A stretch of DNA of 63,401 bases, the filler included, from Saprolegnia diclina VS20 (lineage: Eukaryota), in NCBI RefSeq assembly GCF_000281045.1. It is 4 parts of 2 records of this genome, joined end to end, with 100 filler letters (N's around TTAATTAATTAA, not from the genome) between each part and the next. Parts side by side here need not be neighbours in the genome. Positions count along the whole stretch, not along the records: positions 1 to 19,812 come from NW_008246070.1; 3 more parts are not named here. One strand, given 5' to 3'. Below the pieces are notes generated by a model, which was given only the letters and a program-made list of their open reading frames with translations, had not been told where the DNA came from and did not search any database. The position numbers and the translations under genes are program-made. Of this stretch, positions 1 through 12,300 are shown in pieces (positions within the stretch are counted from its first letter, which is position 1; each line of letters begins with the position of its first letter).

Positions 1-4
1 TCTG

Positions 5-547
5 ATGCTGTCCCTTCTGCGTGCGTCCTCGGCTCGGGCCGGCGCCCGCATGGCCGTCCGCGGCTCTGTCTCCACGCGCGTCTTCACGCCCACGGCCTTC
101 TCGCCGGCTTCGACGACCATGCACTTCTTCTCGACGCAGCGCGAGACGGAGCTTGAGGTCGAGAACAAGAAGCTCAAGGACGAAATCGCCGAGCTGCAGA
201 AGAAGCTCGAGAACAAGCCCGGCAAGTTCATGGCTGTGATCCAGGCCAACGGCCTTCCGTTCCTTGTGTGGTGGACGACGCTCTACGGCGCGACGGGCTT
301 TACGATCTACTATGGCCTCTCGCGCGGCTGGTTTGGCGGCAGCGACGCCGTCGACCTCATCCGCGGCCTGGGCCTTGACTCGTACATTGACCTGGACAGC
401 CTCAACCCCGAATACGGCAACATTGCGATCGCCGTCGTTCTCAACGAGATCCTCGAGACGGTGCGGTTCCCGTTCTGTTTGGCGACTACGCCGATGATCA
501 AGCGTGCGTGGGCCAAGGTCCGCAACCAGCCCGAGGTGACCAAGTAA
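5..547 (+). CDS. FAM210/DUF1279-like mitochondrial membrane protein (180 aa)
   Basis: Arg/Ser/Ala-rich N-terminal transit-like peptide, short coiled coil, then the pattern 'NGLPFLVWWTTLY...GNIAIAVVLNEILETVRFPFCLATTP' resembling DUF1279; strong GC3 bias. Confidence 0.6.
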   Translation: MLSLLRASSARAGARMAVRGSVSTRVFTPTAFSPASTTMHFFSTQRETELEVENKKLKDEIAELQKKLENKPGKFMAVIQANGLPFLVWWTTLYGATGFTIYYGLSRGWFGGSDAVDLIRGLGLDSYIDLDSLNPEYGNIAIAVVLNEILETVRFPFCLATTPMIKRAWAKVRNQPEVTK

Positions 548-615
548 GGACGCACGGTATAGAAGCTTTAGTAATACTGTGTAAGCAAACAACTGTGTTT
601 CGCGCCTCCGTCGTC

Positions 616-2330
616 TTAGCGCACCACGCCGTAGGCTTCTTCCACCTCCATGCGAGAGAGCTCCTCGAGCGCAATGCGCTCCTTCATTTGCGCGTACTCG
701 TCGAGCGCCGGCGTGGACGGCTCTGGCGGCCACGTAATCTCCGTGCGCTGGTTGCCGCTCCACTGCTGCTCGAATATGCTCGGCGACTCTTCCTGTACCA
801 AGGTCTCCTCGAGGCAGAGCGGGTCGTCGAACGACCCGTCGTCGTCGCTGCCAGCAGCCGAGGCTCGCCATGTGTTTTCGGGCTCCTTGCACTCGCCGTC
901 GGCAAAGAGGAGCCCTGGTAATACGTACATCACTACCGTTTAGCCATTCTGCGTTCGTAGAAGGACCTACCGTGCACACCCACACGGCCATTCGCGCTCA
1001 CGTCAAGGTACACGGGTTCCGTCATGTCGTTCGTCAGCGCTGGCACCGAATGATGGAGGCTAATGCGTCCATCACGACATGCTATGTACTGTGCACGTAC
1101 GCTTGGTAGATGTAGTGCAGCTGCAATTGCATGAAGCCGTTGCTCTTGTGCGACACAAACCAGTCGGGTTCCCAGACCAGCGGTATCTGCATCGCTGCCA
1201 GAATGCCGCAGACACGCTGGGCATTTGCGAGGTGTTGGGTTGGTGTCTACGCCTCTTCGTACACGTTCGCATTCAACCAAGTATTCTAGTACCGTTGGCG
1301 TCATGAACATTGTGCTGGCTTGGAAGATATCCTCGCGGTCGTCGTGGCGGCGCCGTGCGCCGTAATAATGGAGCACACACCACAGACGGAAGCCCGACCT
1401 ACGTTTCGTCAAGCGTCCGGCATCGAGTGGGCTCGAACCGAAAGTAGTCGAAGAGACCGCTGGTGCTGCTACTGTTGTTGTTGCTGATATCGGACAGCAG
1501 GCTGTCGCTCCACACCTCGTGGGGGCTGGCTTGGTGATACAAGCTTAAAATGTCTTGGCACCATGTCCAGACGACCTTGTGTGACAGCGACCGCAGCACG
1601 ACCTTGTGAAAGATCTCGTGTAGAAAAGCCGCCGTAATTGGGCGGTCGCCGCTCCAGAGCTGCGCCGCGCTCGGGACATTGCGCACGTTTAAATTGAACC
1701 TGCCATCAGCGTTGCGAGGCTGCCATCTTCGAGGCAGTGTACCGGCTGAGGCACTGCAAGAGCAGCTCGACGTTCGACTCGGTCGTTCGCTGCGACTGCG
1801 CGCGTTGGTTGATTCTCCCAATGGAGAAGTCAGGGACGTAGTGGTGCAGGAGGTGGCTTAGGAAGACGCCGTTGCGCAGCTCGTCGTGGTACGACTCGAC
1901 ATGGAGCTACATATTTCGTCTATCCACTGGCAACGAGCGAATCGACGTACTTTGTGCGGCCAGAGCGAGAGCAAGTTGAGCCACAATAGGAACTGCTGCA
2001 GTTGCTTGAGCGATATTTTAGGCCGACTCAAGTGTGTGCGCACGAGGTCCTCCCGAACGTACGACGTCGAGCGTGGCTTGAGCGGCTGCATAGACGAGAG
2101 TGGTTAGCGCAGACAGGAAAAGGTAGAATACCGTCGCGGGGGGCGAGTCGGGGGCCAGTGGCTCGGACTTGGCGATACCTACGCGCGCTTCCTGAGCCTG
2201 CAATACGACGCATAAATGACGCACTTGCTCGAGACGAGGACCGGCGCGGCAGTAAAATCACGCGCTGGTTCCCACCGCGCAACGAGACGAAGCGCTGCGG
2301 CCCCGTCGGCGCGTCCCTTCGGTGCATGCG
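616..2330 (-). CDS. Probable spliced hypothetical protein; boundaries and exon structure uncertain
   Basis: Consecutive minus-strand ORFs (616-933, 933-1412, 1399-1821, 1858-2091) with protein-like composition and an acidic C-terminal segment; no family recognised. Confidence 0.3.
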
Positions 2331-2624
2331 ACCGTTTCGCAAGGACTATCTTTGCTACGAACATATACAGTGGCTGTTGTTCGAGACTTGAGTCGTTCGT
2401 TGGACAAACTAGGAATTGGTGGCGAGTCTCGACTCGACTCGGCCCAGTGCACTACCGAGGCGTTTGCTGGAGCATTCCGCGGTTATCTCTCGCGCGCGAC
2501 GAGCGCAGCTGCCATCTCACGCAGCAGGTTGACCCAACGACACGAGTAGAGCAACGAGATGGTCATCGCAATGTTATGTCTCATTTAGCGTGTAGGAGGA
2601 TAGGAGGGTAAACGTGCAGAAGCC

Positions 2625-3206
2625 TTAGGGGTTGATGCGACGGGACATCCACGCGGGATCTGTAGCGACATCGAGCGTGTCGACTTGGGCAAAGCTGTCG
2701 TGGAGACGGAGGTACTTGACCTGCTTGGGCCACAGCACGAGCACAAGAAACGTGGGTGGCGGCGTCGCTGATGATACCACCGGCACGGGCGCGTCCGTAA
2801 ATGGTGTGTTGGGCTCCGGCCAAAAGAACTGCTGCCGCATGCTTTCGCGGAGCTTGTGCCACAGCTGCGTGCGCAAGCCTTTGGCGTCGGCGTCGGGCGT
2901 CACAAGCTCCACGTCGCCCGCGATGCGGAACTGTTCGCCATTCTGCGGCAGCCACCAAGCAACCTCGCACGCAGGGTTGGCCGTCAGCTGGGCGACCTTG
3001 GCGCTGCGCGCATCTGTGATCATGGTCAAGCCCGTCTCGCCTTCAAAGCCACGGAAAACAACCGTCCGGCATTGGGGTGCGCCGTCTTGGGCCACTGTCG
3101 CCATCTGCAGGTAGTGCGTGCCGGGAATGTGCCGGTTGGCCTCAATCGCCTCATGGAGGCGCTGCTTCCAGGGCGTCAAGCTACTTGCGCTGCGGCTCGT
3201 CGTCAT
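2625..3206 (-). CDS. Pyridoxamine 5'-phosphate oxidase-related FMN-binding protein (Alr4036-like)
   Basis: Motifs 'YLQMATV...PQCRTVVFRGF', 'TDARSAKVAQL..NPACEVAWWLP...EQFRIAG', 'W..RRINP'; single exon; start inferred at MTTSRS. Confidence 0.8.
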   Translation of the reverse strand: MTTSRSASSLTPWKQRLHEAIEANRHIPGTHYLQMATVAQDGAPQCRTVVFRGFEGETGLTMITDARSAKVAQLTANPACEVAWWLPQNGEQFRIAGDVELVTPDADAKGLRTQLWHKLRESMRQQFFWPEPNTPFTDAPVPVVSSATPPPTFLVLVLWPKQVKYLRLHDSFAQVDTLDVATDPAWMSRRINP

Positions 3207-3424
3207 CGTCCTGCACCGACGTCGGATCGCGTGGGCTGCTTGGGCGCAAAACATCGCGATCCGCCAGTCGCACTTAATGGGATGACTCCATATCAAGTGT
3301 CACAGGTCGAAGTTTCGTTTCATATTAAATAATGTATGCTATGGGGGTAGGTCTTCAAAGTCTGAAATACCCTCCAAAAATGGATGTCACGCTTGATCGT
3401 CGGCGGCCTTCACGTTGGCAGACC

Positions 3425-3520
<96 letters not shown>
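3425..3520. repeat. (GATA)24 tetranucleotide microsatellite
   Basis: Perfect GATA array of 96 nt, intergenic. Confidence 0.97.
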
Positions 3521-3522
<2 letters not shown>

Positions 3523-3650
3523 GTATGATCGCGTCCATCGACGTCCCATGCTTCACGAGTCCTTTCCTTGTCGTTTGATCAACCGCAGTGTGCAAAACAC
3601 AACACACATTTTCAACATGTTAAATAACAAGCGACGAGATATTCCCGTTC

Positions 3651-4878
3651 TCACTGCTCGGTGTCTTCCGAGATGCTGGACCACGACCGGTGGGTCGACG
3701 GTTTGCCCGAGATCCAAGATGTGCCGCCGCGACCCGAGAGCAATTCCTTGGTCTCCATGCTCTGCCGGAGTAGTTGCTGCAGCACGACCTGCGGTGTCAA
3801 CGGCTGCGGACGCTCGACGTACGAAGCGACGAGGCGTGCGAGTCGGTTGAGGTGGTGCACGACGTCGTCATGAAGCGTCGCACTGCGCTTGCTCGCGACC
3901 GTGTCGAGCACGGCGAGGGTGCCGATCGCGACGCCGGACGACCCAAGCACGATCGGCGCGCCGGCGTAGAAGCGAATGCCGGTCGCCGACGCGACGAGCG
4001 GGTTTTTGGCAAAGCGCGAGTCGCGAAGCGTGTCGGGCACGACGATCGGCCGCGGCGCGTGCAGCGTCGAGGCGCAGAGCGAAACCTCGCGCGGCACCTC
4101 GGGGACGAAGAGACCGACGCTGGCCTTGAACCACTGCCGGTGCGCGTCCATAAAGCTAATGTACGCGATCGGACAGTTGGTGAGGTCGCTCAAGAGGCTG
4201 CAGATCGTGTCGTAGGTTGCCTCCCGCGGCGAGTCGAGAATGTGGAGCTGCCATAGCGCTTGGAGCCGCGCTTGCTCATTCGAGTGCATCCAAAGTTCCT
4301 CGATGCTGGGCGGCGCATCCTCTTTGAGCGAGCAGTACGGCGATGACGGACATGTTGAGGCTGTGAACGACGCCGACGACGCCAGCGACTTCTCTTCCAG
4401 TAGCGGAATCGTTGGCGTTGTGGCAAAGAACGTGCCAGGCGTCGGCGATGCTGGTGGCGACGGCAGCTTGGAGACGCGTGTAGTTTGCGTCGACGCGTAG
4501 CACGGTGGGCACACCTTGATGTGTCGTTGCTGCGGCTTGTGCTTGCGCTTGGTATCGTGCGTCACCAAGCACACACGCCGGGCGCACTGCCGGCAGATGA
4601 TCTCGCCACACTATCACAACGGTCCATGCTCTACCATGCTCGAGACCGCTTCTTCGTACCATGCGGCAGTGTTGCTTGCGGCGAAAGAAGGTAAAGCTGT
4701 GCCCACAGCCGTGACACGCCGACCGGTGGGCGTCGTGGACCCAGTGGGCTTGCGAGATGCTCCATGCATGCCACTGCCCGAGCGAGACGTCGAGGACGAC
4801 CTCGGGGCGCTGGGCCTTTTGCTGCTGGACGTACCAGAGGTTCGGCGCGCTCAAGGCAGCGTTGGGATGCATCAACAT
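3651..4878 (-). CDS. FYVE zinc finger + GAF domain protein (one intron near 4610-4660)
   Basis: Exon 1 'WVHDAHRSACHGCGHSFTFFRRKQHCRM' continuing into 'GEIICRQC...VCPPC' (FYVE); C-terminal 'EQARLQALWQLHILDSPRE..YD...RQWFKAS.GL..E.PRE.S.C...D.RF..NPLV...IRFYAGAP...IGTL' (GAF). Confidence 0.85.
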
Positions 4879-7794
4879 GCACGATAATCTCTCGACTGGT
4901 CTCGGCCGATTGACGACGCCGCGATCTGATCTGGCGCAACCACGTCGCGATATCCGGATAAAGCTAAAACCACCAATCACATACCTGCGTTCGAGTATCT
5001 TCCGGATAATGGACCGTAGCTGTGCCAGTCAACGTCCGACGCTGCCACAAAAAAGAACGCGCATTACACCAGACAAATCAGAGGACGCTCGAGGCGTCAT
5101 GCATCGCGTCGCTGTGCTGTAGCTACGCAATAAGCTCTAAGAAATGGTTTGTCTGGTGTTAAAGTGACAATTTCAAGGGCAAAACCGAGGTCACACCATC
5201 GCTCGATCTTCGCTCGATACGAGCTGTCTTCGGCAGCCACATGTTTGTAGCGTGATCGAACGTAACACTACATTTAGAGTCACATTGGCGCAGACGATGT
5301 TTGCAATCACCTTTTTTCTGGTCGTTGGCCACTCGGAAAAACTGCACAAGCAAGCGTTCAACTGTGGTTTCGAATCGATCGGTGCAAGTGCCATTCGCAA
5401 CAGCCCAATCGACGATGACGCATTGGGGTGCTTGAATCGAATTTTTCATTTGGTATTGTATGTACAGCGCCTCCTCGCACGAATACACAAGCCTTTGTAA
5501 TGCGGTTATCAAAGCCACACAATATATTGTACGTGGCCTAGCCCAGTGCAAAGTGCCCACGTGTTCGTGACGTCATGCAATCGAGCACCAACATCTTGAG
5601 GAAAGGCCAAGGTGCTCGAAGAGTGAACAATCACATGTTGCCCGATGACGTTCGCAGCCCGTGGTCTATCGCGGGGGTAGATTCCTGTATTTAGTTGGCA
5701 TAGATGCTCGTCTATGTATGCTGTGATGATGGCCTTTCTGTGAATGGGCCTTTCTCTTGCGATATAACGCGCTTGACCAGAAGGCATTATGGCGGTACGT
5801 GATGGGGGTGCCTGCGCTTGTTGCGTACCATCGGTTTCTCGATTCGAATCAAGAAGACGAATTCATCGCTGAGACTAAAAGAGTTTTACACGCAGGCGAT
5901 TCTTGTTGTAGTCCAAAGCCCAAACCCATGCTGCTGACAGGTTGCTGGTTCTCCTGAGCGTGCTCCCTCCATAGCCATAAAACGCTGTGATTGATTAAAA
6001 AGGGTGTGCACTTTGTCCGAATGATAGTATTCTGATTGGTGTAAAAGGGAGAAGAATATCAATGTATCGCGTGTGGCGATGTTCATTGAACAAACGGCAT
6101 CGAGCGCTGATGACGGAAGCATAAATGAAAGGGCACCTTGTACCCACAACGTGAGATCTTAGAGGATTCAATAGCTGGAGTAAGTGCTGATATGGTTGAA
6201 CATATGGAAGATCTGGATGCGCTAGGGCCTCATCTTGGAAGACAACCGTGTACTACAATTGCTCCGTGCTCCCGGTCCTTCTATACAACTGTGGCATGCC
6301 GCCGCTCGTTACTTTGTCCCGCCCGAGGCACCCCGTTTTGAGGCCGCAACAAGCTCACGCTGCCGATTGACCTGCACCGCGACCTTCAGTCACTGACGCC
6401 ACCTTAGTGATTGGCGTCTCTCGATAACCTCAAGAAACTGCGCAGCTTTGTCGCCGAGAGCGAAGCCTGTAAGGCCTTACGAAGCGTGTAGTCATGGGCC
6501 TCACTCGCGGCCACAAGCGCCCCCGGGCGAGTACAGAAGAGCAAGACGAGCCTCCGCGCCTACGCAGCCACGGCCCGGTAAGCGAAAGAAGAAAGAATTG
6601 GTCATCTCTACGCATTGAAGTATTTGTAATGATGTGAACGTGAACAAGGTGAAGCAACGCTCGCCCCAGAAAAGAGCAATTTATTGCCGAAGATTTGAAC
6701 ATGACCTTATATGGAGCGAAGAAAAAGCGGAGGTCGTATTTGACATGCGTGAGATAACACTGAATAATTGACTTTAGCCACTCATTGCGTCATTGAATTG
6801 TGAACAAGCATGTAATGGTCAGACTGGTACTAGTACGATGGGAACAACTCGCCGCTCCTGGCGAGAAGCTCGCGGGGACGAAGCTTTGGAGCCAATACAT
6901 GTATGGATCGGCCGAGGTCAAGCATGCATCATGACCTTTTCAATAACATCTCTACGACATTCCACACTCAGATCACTAGTACCGGATAGCGTAACTGCGA
7001 AAGCCTAGGGTACTGAAAGACCGTCAAAGGGTCACGTTTTATATGGGTTTGACGCAATGAGTTTAAACCGGGTACATCTAGTCCTTGTCTTGTCCTACAC
7101 TGTAGGAGTAGGTGTCTTGTCTGTACAGCGCCAGATTCTGCGCCAGGATGTCATTCGTACATGTCCCGCAGCCAACTACGCATCAACCTGGATTTTGTAT
7201 GCGCGGATATATCCTGTACTGGATTGACGTTGCATCGACCAATCAGCGATGTTGTACCGTCTCTCCGCCAATCATGCGACAGGATTACACCCTTCTTGCG
7301 GCCTGGCAACTGTCACGGTGCAGAGGACACCGCAGGTTCACGAAACACAATAAGAACTCGACTTCTGAGCGAGTGCTCTCCGAGGCTGATACTACCCACA
7401 AATACTTCAACAACACGAGCTCTTGTTAATACCAGTATTGAATACATGCACCTTCTCGAAGCCAATGCGACGACGGACGGGCGCACTTCGAATTATCCTG
7501 CCATGGCTGCAGATGGCGTTCAACTTGAAGTACAACGTACCACGGTTCATGCACGCAACCTTGGCCACGCGCAAGTGCTTTGCATACAAACCGCCAAGCT
7601 TTGCGCTTTTACGAACCAGGATTTATCGGCTTTGCACATCGATCGCTGCGTCGTCAAACATCCTCTGAGAACCACCCACGAACACGCGATTGCCCCCGAA
7701 GCCTCACGCTCGTAAACGTACGGCTGAGCCACCTGTTGAAGTTGCGAAACCAATGGGTGACTCTGTGCATGGCCAGCCACGCCGGTTGTGGTTT

Positions 7795-7808
7795 TCATTT
7801 TCCATTTT
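7795..7808 (+). promoter_or_regulatory. Oomycete core promoter Inr+FPR-like element upstream of beta-amylase
   Basis: TCATTTTCCATTTT fits the oomycete consensus TCATTYYNCAWTTT and ends 21 nt before the ATG at 7830; CCAAT at 7750-7754. Confidence 0.6.
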
Positions 7809-7829
7809 GCTGTCAAGCACCAACACAAG

Positions 7830-9170
7830 ATGCTTCGCCGCACGGTGCTCTTCCTCGCCGCGCTCGCGGCCACGATCGCCGAGGCGGTTGTGCCCGTCAA
7901 CGTCATGCTCGCCCTCGACACGGTCGTCTTGGACGGCGCGGGCAACACCCAACTCAAGGACCGCACCAAGCTCGACACGCAGTTCGGCAAGCTCAAGGCC
8001 AACGGGGCGACCGGCATCATGGCCGACTGCTGGTGGGGCCTCGTCGAGAAGGCGGGGCCGCGCCAATACAACTTTGCCGCGTACCTCGACATGGCGCAAC
8101 TCGCGGCCAAGCACGGGCTCACGATTCAAATGGTGCTCTCGTTTCACTCGTGCGGCGGCAACGTCGGTGACGCGTGCAACATCCCGATTCCGAGCTCGTG
8201 GTTCACGCGCAACGACGTGTGGTACACGACGCGGTCGGGCTTGAGTGACCCCGAGTACATCTCGCTCTGGGCGGACGCGACGCCACTCGACAAGTTTGGC
8301 CGGACGCCCATCGACATGTACCGTGAATTTATGACGGCTTTCAAGACCAAGGTCATGGACGCTGTCCCCAACACGGTGGTGGAAGTCCAGATCGGCGCCG
8401 GGCCCGCGGGCGAGCTCCGGTACCCGTCGTACCAGCTGCAAGGCGGTCGTTGGAGCTACTGCGGCATTGGCGAGTTTACGAGCTACGACGCGTTCGCGGC
8501 CAAGAGCATTGCGGCCCGCGCAAATGCTACCAATAACCCGTCGTGGGGCCTTACGTCCGGTCCGGCCAACGCCGGCAACTTCAACTGCCTTCCTGGTGTC
8601 TCGGGTGACTGCCCTTTCTTCTTGGACAACGGTTTTGACAACTATGCGAGTGCGTACGGCAAGTTCTTCCTCGACTGGTACTCCTCGTCGCTCTTGGACC
8701 ACGGCCGCGCGCTTTCCAAGGCCGGCCGCGCCGTCTATGGCGCGTCGACGACGCTCTCGATCAAGGTCTCGGGCATCCACTGGTGGTACAACTCGAACCA
8801 CCACGGCGCGGAGCTCACGGCCGGCTACTACAACACCAACAACCAGGACGCGTATGCACTGATTGCGAACATGCTCAAGGAGAACAACATTCGCTTCTGC
8901 TTTACGTGCATGGAGATGACGGACGCGAACGACCAGTGCCGCTCCCAGGCCAACTTGCTCGTCGGCCAGGCGCGCAACGCCGCGTCCAACATCCTTGGGC
9001 TCAAGAACGGCTTTGCGGGTGAGAACGCCTTGCCCATGTCCAACGATGCCCAGGTCAAGACCGTCGTCGGCCACATGGCGGGCGGCGCCACGTTCACGTA
9101 CCTCCGCCTCACCGACTCGTTCGATTGGGGCTACTTTGCGTGGATCGTCACGAGCCTCAAGCAAGCCTAA
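7830..9170 (+). CDS. Secreted beta-amylase (GH14), 446 aa, intronless
   Basis: Signal peptide MLRRTVLFLAALAATIAEA; GH14 motifs 'DCWWGLVE', 'HSCGGNVGD', catalytic 'GPAGELRYPSY', 'KVSGIHWWY', 'FTCMEM', 'GENAL', 'FTYLRL'. Confidence 0.93.
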   Translation: MLRRTVLFLAALAATIAEAVVPVNVMLALDTVVLDGAGNTQLKDRTKLDTQFGKLKANGATGIMADCWWGLVEKAGPRQYNFAAYLDMAQLAAKHGLTIQMVLSFHSCGGNVGDACNIPIPSSWFTRNDVWYTTRSGLSDPEYISLWADATPLDKFGRTPIDMYREFMTAFKTKVMDAVPNTVVEVQIGAGPAGELRYPSYQLQGGRWSYCGIGEFTSYDAFAAKSIAARANATNNPSWGLTSGPANAGNFNCLPGVSGDCPFFLDNGFDNYASAYGKFFLDWYSSSLLDHGRALSKAGRAVYGASTTLSIKVSGIHWWYNSNHHGAELTAGYYNTNNQDAYALIANMLKENNIRFCFTCMEMTDANDQCRSQANLLVGQARNAASNILGLKNGFAGENALPMSNDAQVKTVVGHMAGGATFTYLRLTDSFDWGYFAWIVTSLKQA

Positions 9171-9312
9171 GTCTTTTCGCGTCTACTACCTCTAGTGTCG
9201 TTGCAACCATCAACACGGCGTGTCTGCTTGTTACATCTCCTTTCTTATCACATTGCAGAGACACAGACGTTGCATCGATGTTGGCTCGGTAGTCGTTCTC
9301 AGAAAGGCCACC

Positions 9313-12300
9313 ATGGGCGGTTTCAAAAACCGACGCGACCGAAAAGGCACTTTGCCTCAAAAGGCACCCCATGGCGGCGGTAAGGAGGAAGCACCGGGCG
9401 GCCTGCCACAGCTGCGGCTGGCGGCAGCAGCTCATCAAGGACCGCATGCGTGGCGAGTCCTTTCAACGCTGGGCCGCACGCAACATGGACAACTCGCTCT
9501 TCGCCTCTCTTCTCGACATTGTTCAAGTGATCCTCGGGTACATTGGCTACGTCTTGCAACTACACGCTTCATCTATGCGTAGGGTCTTGGTCACGCTACT
9601 CTACTTTCAAAAGAACTGGTCGGCTTGGGACACCTCGATCGACGACCCCGTGCTCCGCATCATCCATGCTGTGTATGGCACGCTCTTCCTTCTCGACTAT
9701 TTGCTGCGGTGGGCATAGTGTCTTCTTGACTACTGTCAACTCGACCACGTCGATAGGCTCTATGCGGCCGACAACATGGAGACATATGTCTTCAGTCCGC
9801 TCGCGATGATCGAGCTCGTCTCGATTCCGTCGCAGTTCGTCGATGTGGTCTTCAGTGAAGCGCAGAACCGCGACAACTACATCCTCTTTGGCGCGATGAA
9901 ATGCCTCCGGCCGTTCCGATGCCTTCGCTGCTTTCGGCTTCTGTCCTTTGCCAAGACGGCGCGCATGCGCGAGACTGGCATGCTCTTCTTCGCTGTCCTC
10001 GCCATCATCATTTGCTTTGGCGCTGTGCAACAGGTACACGCTTCGACCCTCCCACTGCAATGATTTTCCATGTATTGTAGGCGATGGAGGCGTGCTTTTG
10101 CAACGACCTGCCCGGCTTGGACCCGAGCAACTGCTCGATTGTCGACCGAAACACAACGGGGCACTGTCAGGACATGGAGATCTACAACGCCATGTACTTT
10201 GTCGTCATCACCATCGCGACGCTCGGGTACGTACTAGCCAAACATGTCTATAACTCCAGTTGACACGATGGGTAGGTACGGTGACATTGCGCCCAAGTCG
10301 ACATACGGCCGCATCATTGTGATCATCCTCATCATTGCCTCCACGGTACTCCTCCCGCTGCAAATCTCGACGCTCAGCGATGTGCTCAACCGTGACACTG
10401 AGTACGACAAGGCGTACACGGCGCGGCGGGAGCAGAGTCCGCACGTGCTCATTTGCGGTGAAGTGACGTCGGGCGCGCTGGATTTCTTCCTACGGCAGTT
10501 CCTGCACCCGAACAACCTCAACTGGAAGGACAAGGTCGTCATCCTCTGTCCGTCGCTGCCGTCCCATAACCTCAAGCGCGTGCTTCTCAACGCCGCGTAC
10601 GAGCAGCGCGTCATGTATCTCCAGGGCTCGGCGATGCTCGACGCCGACCTCAAGCGTGCGAGTGCCGCGACCGCGCGCCTCTGCTTTGTGCTGACCAACC
10701 AGCAAGCGCGGGACGCCGACCGGAGCGACACGTCGTCGAATTTTCTCACGATTTCGCTGCGCCGCTTCAACAAGCACCGTACGTCCATACTTCGCAACAT
10801 GGACAAACCATGTCCATTCTAGTACCGATTTTCGTCCAAGTACTCAAAACCGACAACATTCGGCACGTCCACCTCTCGGGCGCCAACAACATTGTGTGTC
10901 TCGACCAGCTCAAGCTTGGCATCCTTGCGCGCTCGTGCGTCTTGCCCGGTGTCTCGGCGTTTGTGTGTAGTATTTTGTTTGCGTTCCGGCCCTTCCGCGG
11001 TGTCGAGTACGACCACAGAGATCTCAAATCAAACTTGAGAGAAATGGTGTAGGCGGTCGCATGTGTGGGCCTCGGACTTTTTGCGCGGCTGCAGCAACGA
11101 TATCTACGACGTCCGCGTGCCCTTGTTTCTCGACGGACTTGTCTCGTTTGCGTTTCTCGCCTACGTGCTCTTCCAAGAGTTTGGGATTGTGCCCATTGGC
11201 ATGGGCCATAATGAAGAGTACCGGCTTTTTCCCGCGAAAACGCGCGTCCGCTGTGACTACAAAGTGTACATTTTGTCGACGTCGCCCGACTGTTCGCGGC
11301 GCGTCGACGCCATCTCACTCAGTTTGCTACAAAAGTACAGACAAATAGTTTATGCGCGTGTAAACAATCGGTGTAGGTACCAAACGATGCTCGACAACTT
11401 TGACGAAATCTCGCGCGCATGGAACAAGCACTCGTTTTCGTCCAAGCTCGCGACGCGCGTCCAGCGGTCCAGCCGGCGCCTGCTGACGCGCACGACGCAC
11501 CGCCAATCGCTTGTCCACAGCTCGTTCTACTCGATCAAATCGAACGGCCGCGGGTCCGAAGCCGACTCGGAGGCTTCGCACAAGTCGAGTATCGTGGTGC
11601 CGTGCACGACCGAGACGGACGTACCATCCGCGACGAGAGATGAAAGCACAACACACGACGCGACCGAGCCCTTCATCTCGACCGCATCCCAACCGACGTC
11701 GTTTCTACCGCTGCCTAAAGTCGTCGAAGGCGACGACGAGTCGCCCGAGAAGTCGCTCTTGCCGTCGCAGCTCAACCCAGCAAAACGCCTTCCGCCATTG
11801 CACGTCGCCAGCCCGCTGCCAGTCCCCGAAGAGAGTAGTGCTGCGCAAGCCGCCCCAGAGGCAGTGAACGGTCGGTCCAACTCGCAGCTTTCACTCGACT
11901 ACCTGTCCTTTCTCACAACCCACGTGCCCGACGACTTGCGCGACCACATTCTTCTGTGCGGTATGCCCAACATGCTCCACGACTTTGTCGCGCCGTTGCG
12001 GCAGCCCAGCCGACCGCAAAAAAAGTTTGCCCCCGTCGTCCCGATCGTCGTCCTGAGCGCGACGCCCATCTCGGAGAAGCAGCACGCAAGCATTGCGCAC
12101 TTCAAGCACGTCTACTTCCTCCATGGATCGCCGCTGCATCTGAGTGTCTTGACCGCCGCGCGCGCCGCCAAGAGCAAGAGCGTCGTCATTCTGAGCTCGA
12201 CGAACGACGACGACTGCGACGACGAGCCGGATCTCGTCGATGAAAACATGATTGATACCGATGCGCTGACGCTCTATCGGTTCGTGACAGAGTTTTGCGA

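Noticed and set aside
3355..3607. ORFs with (IYLS)n repeats
   Set aside because: Translation of the GATA microsatellite.
7704..9164. Long antisense ORFs (also 34150-35238, 40796-42034, 46320-47666, 55011-56348)
   Set aside because: Shadows of GC3-rich genes on the opposite strand; no recognisable motifs.
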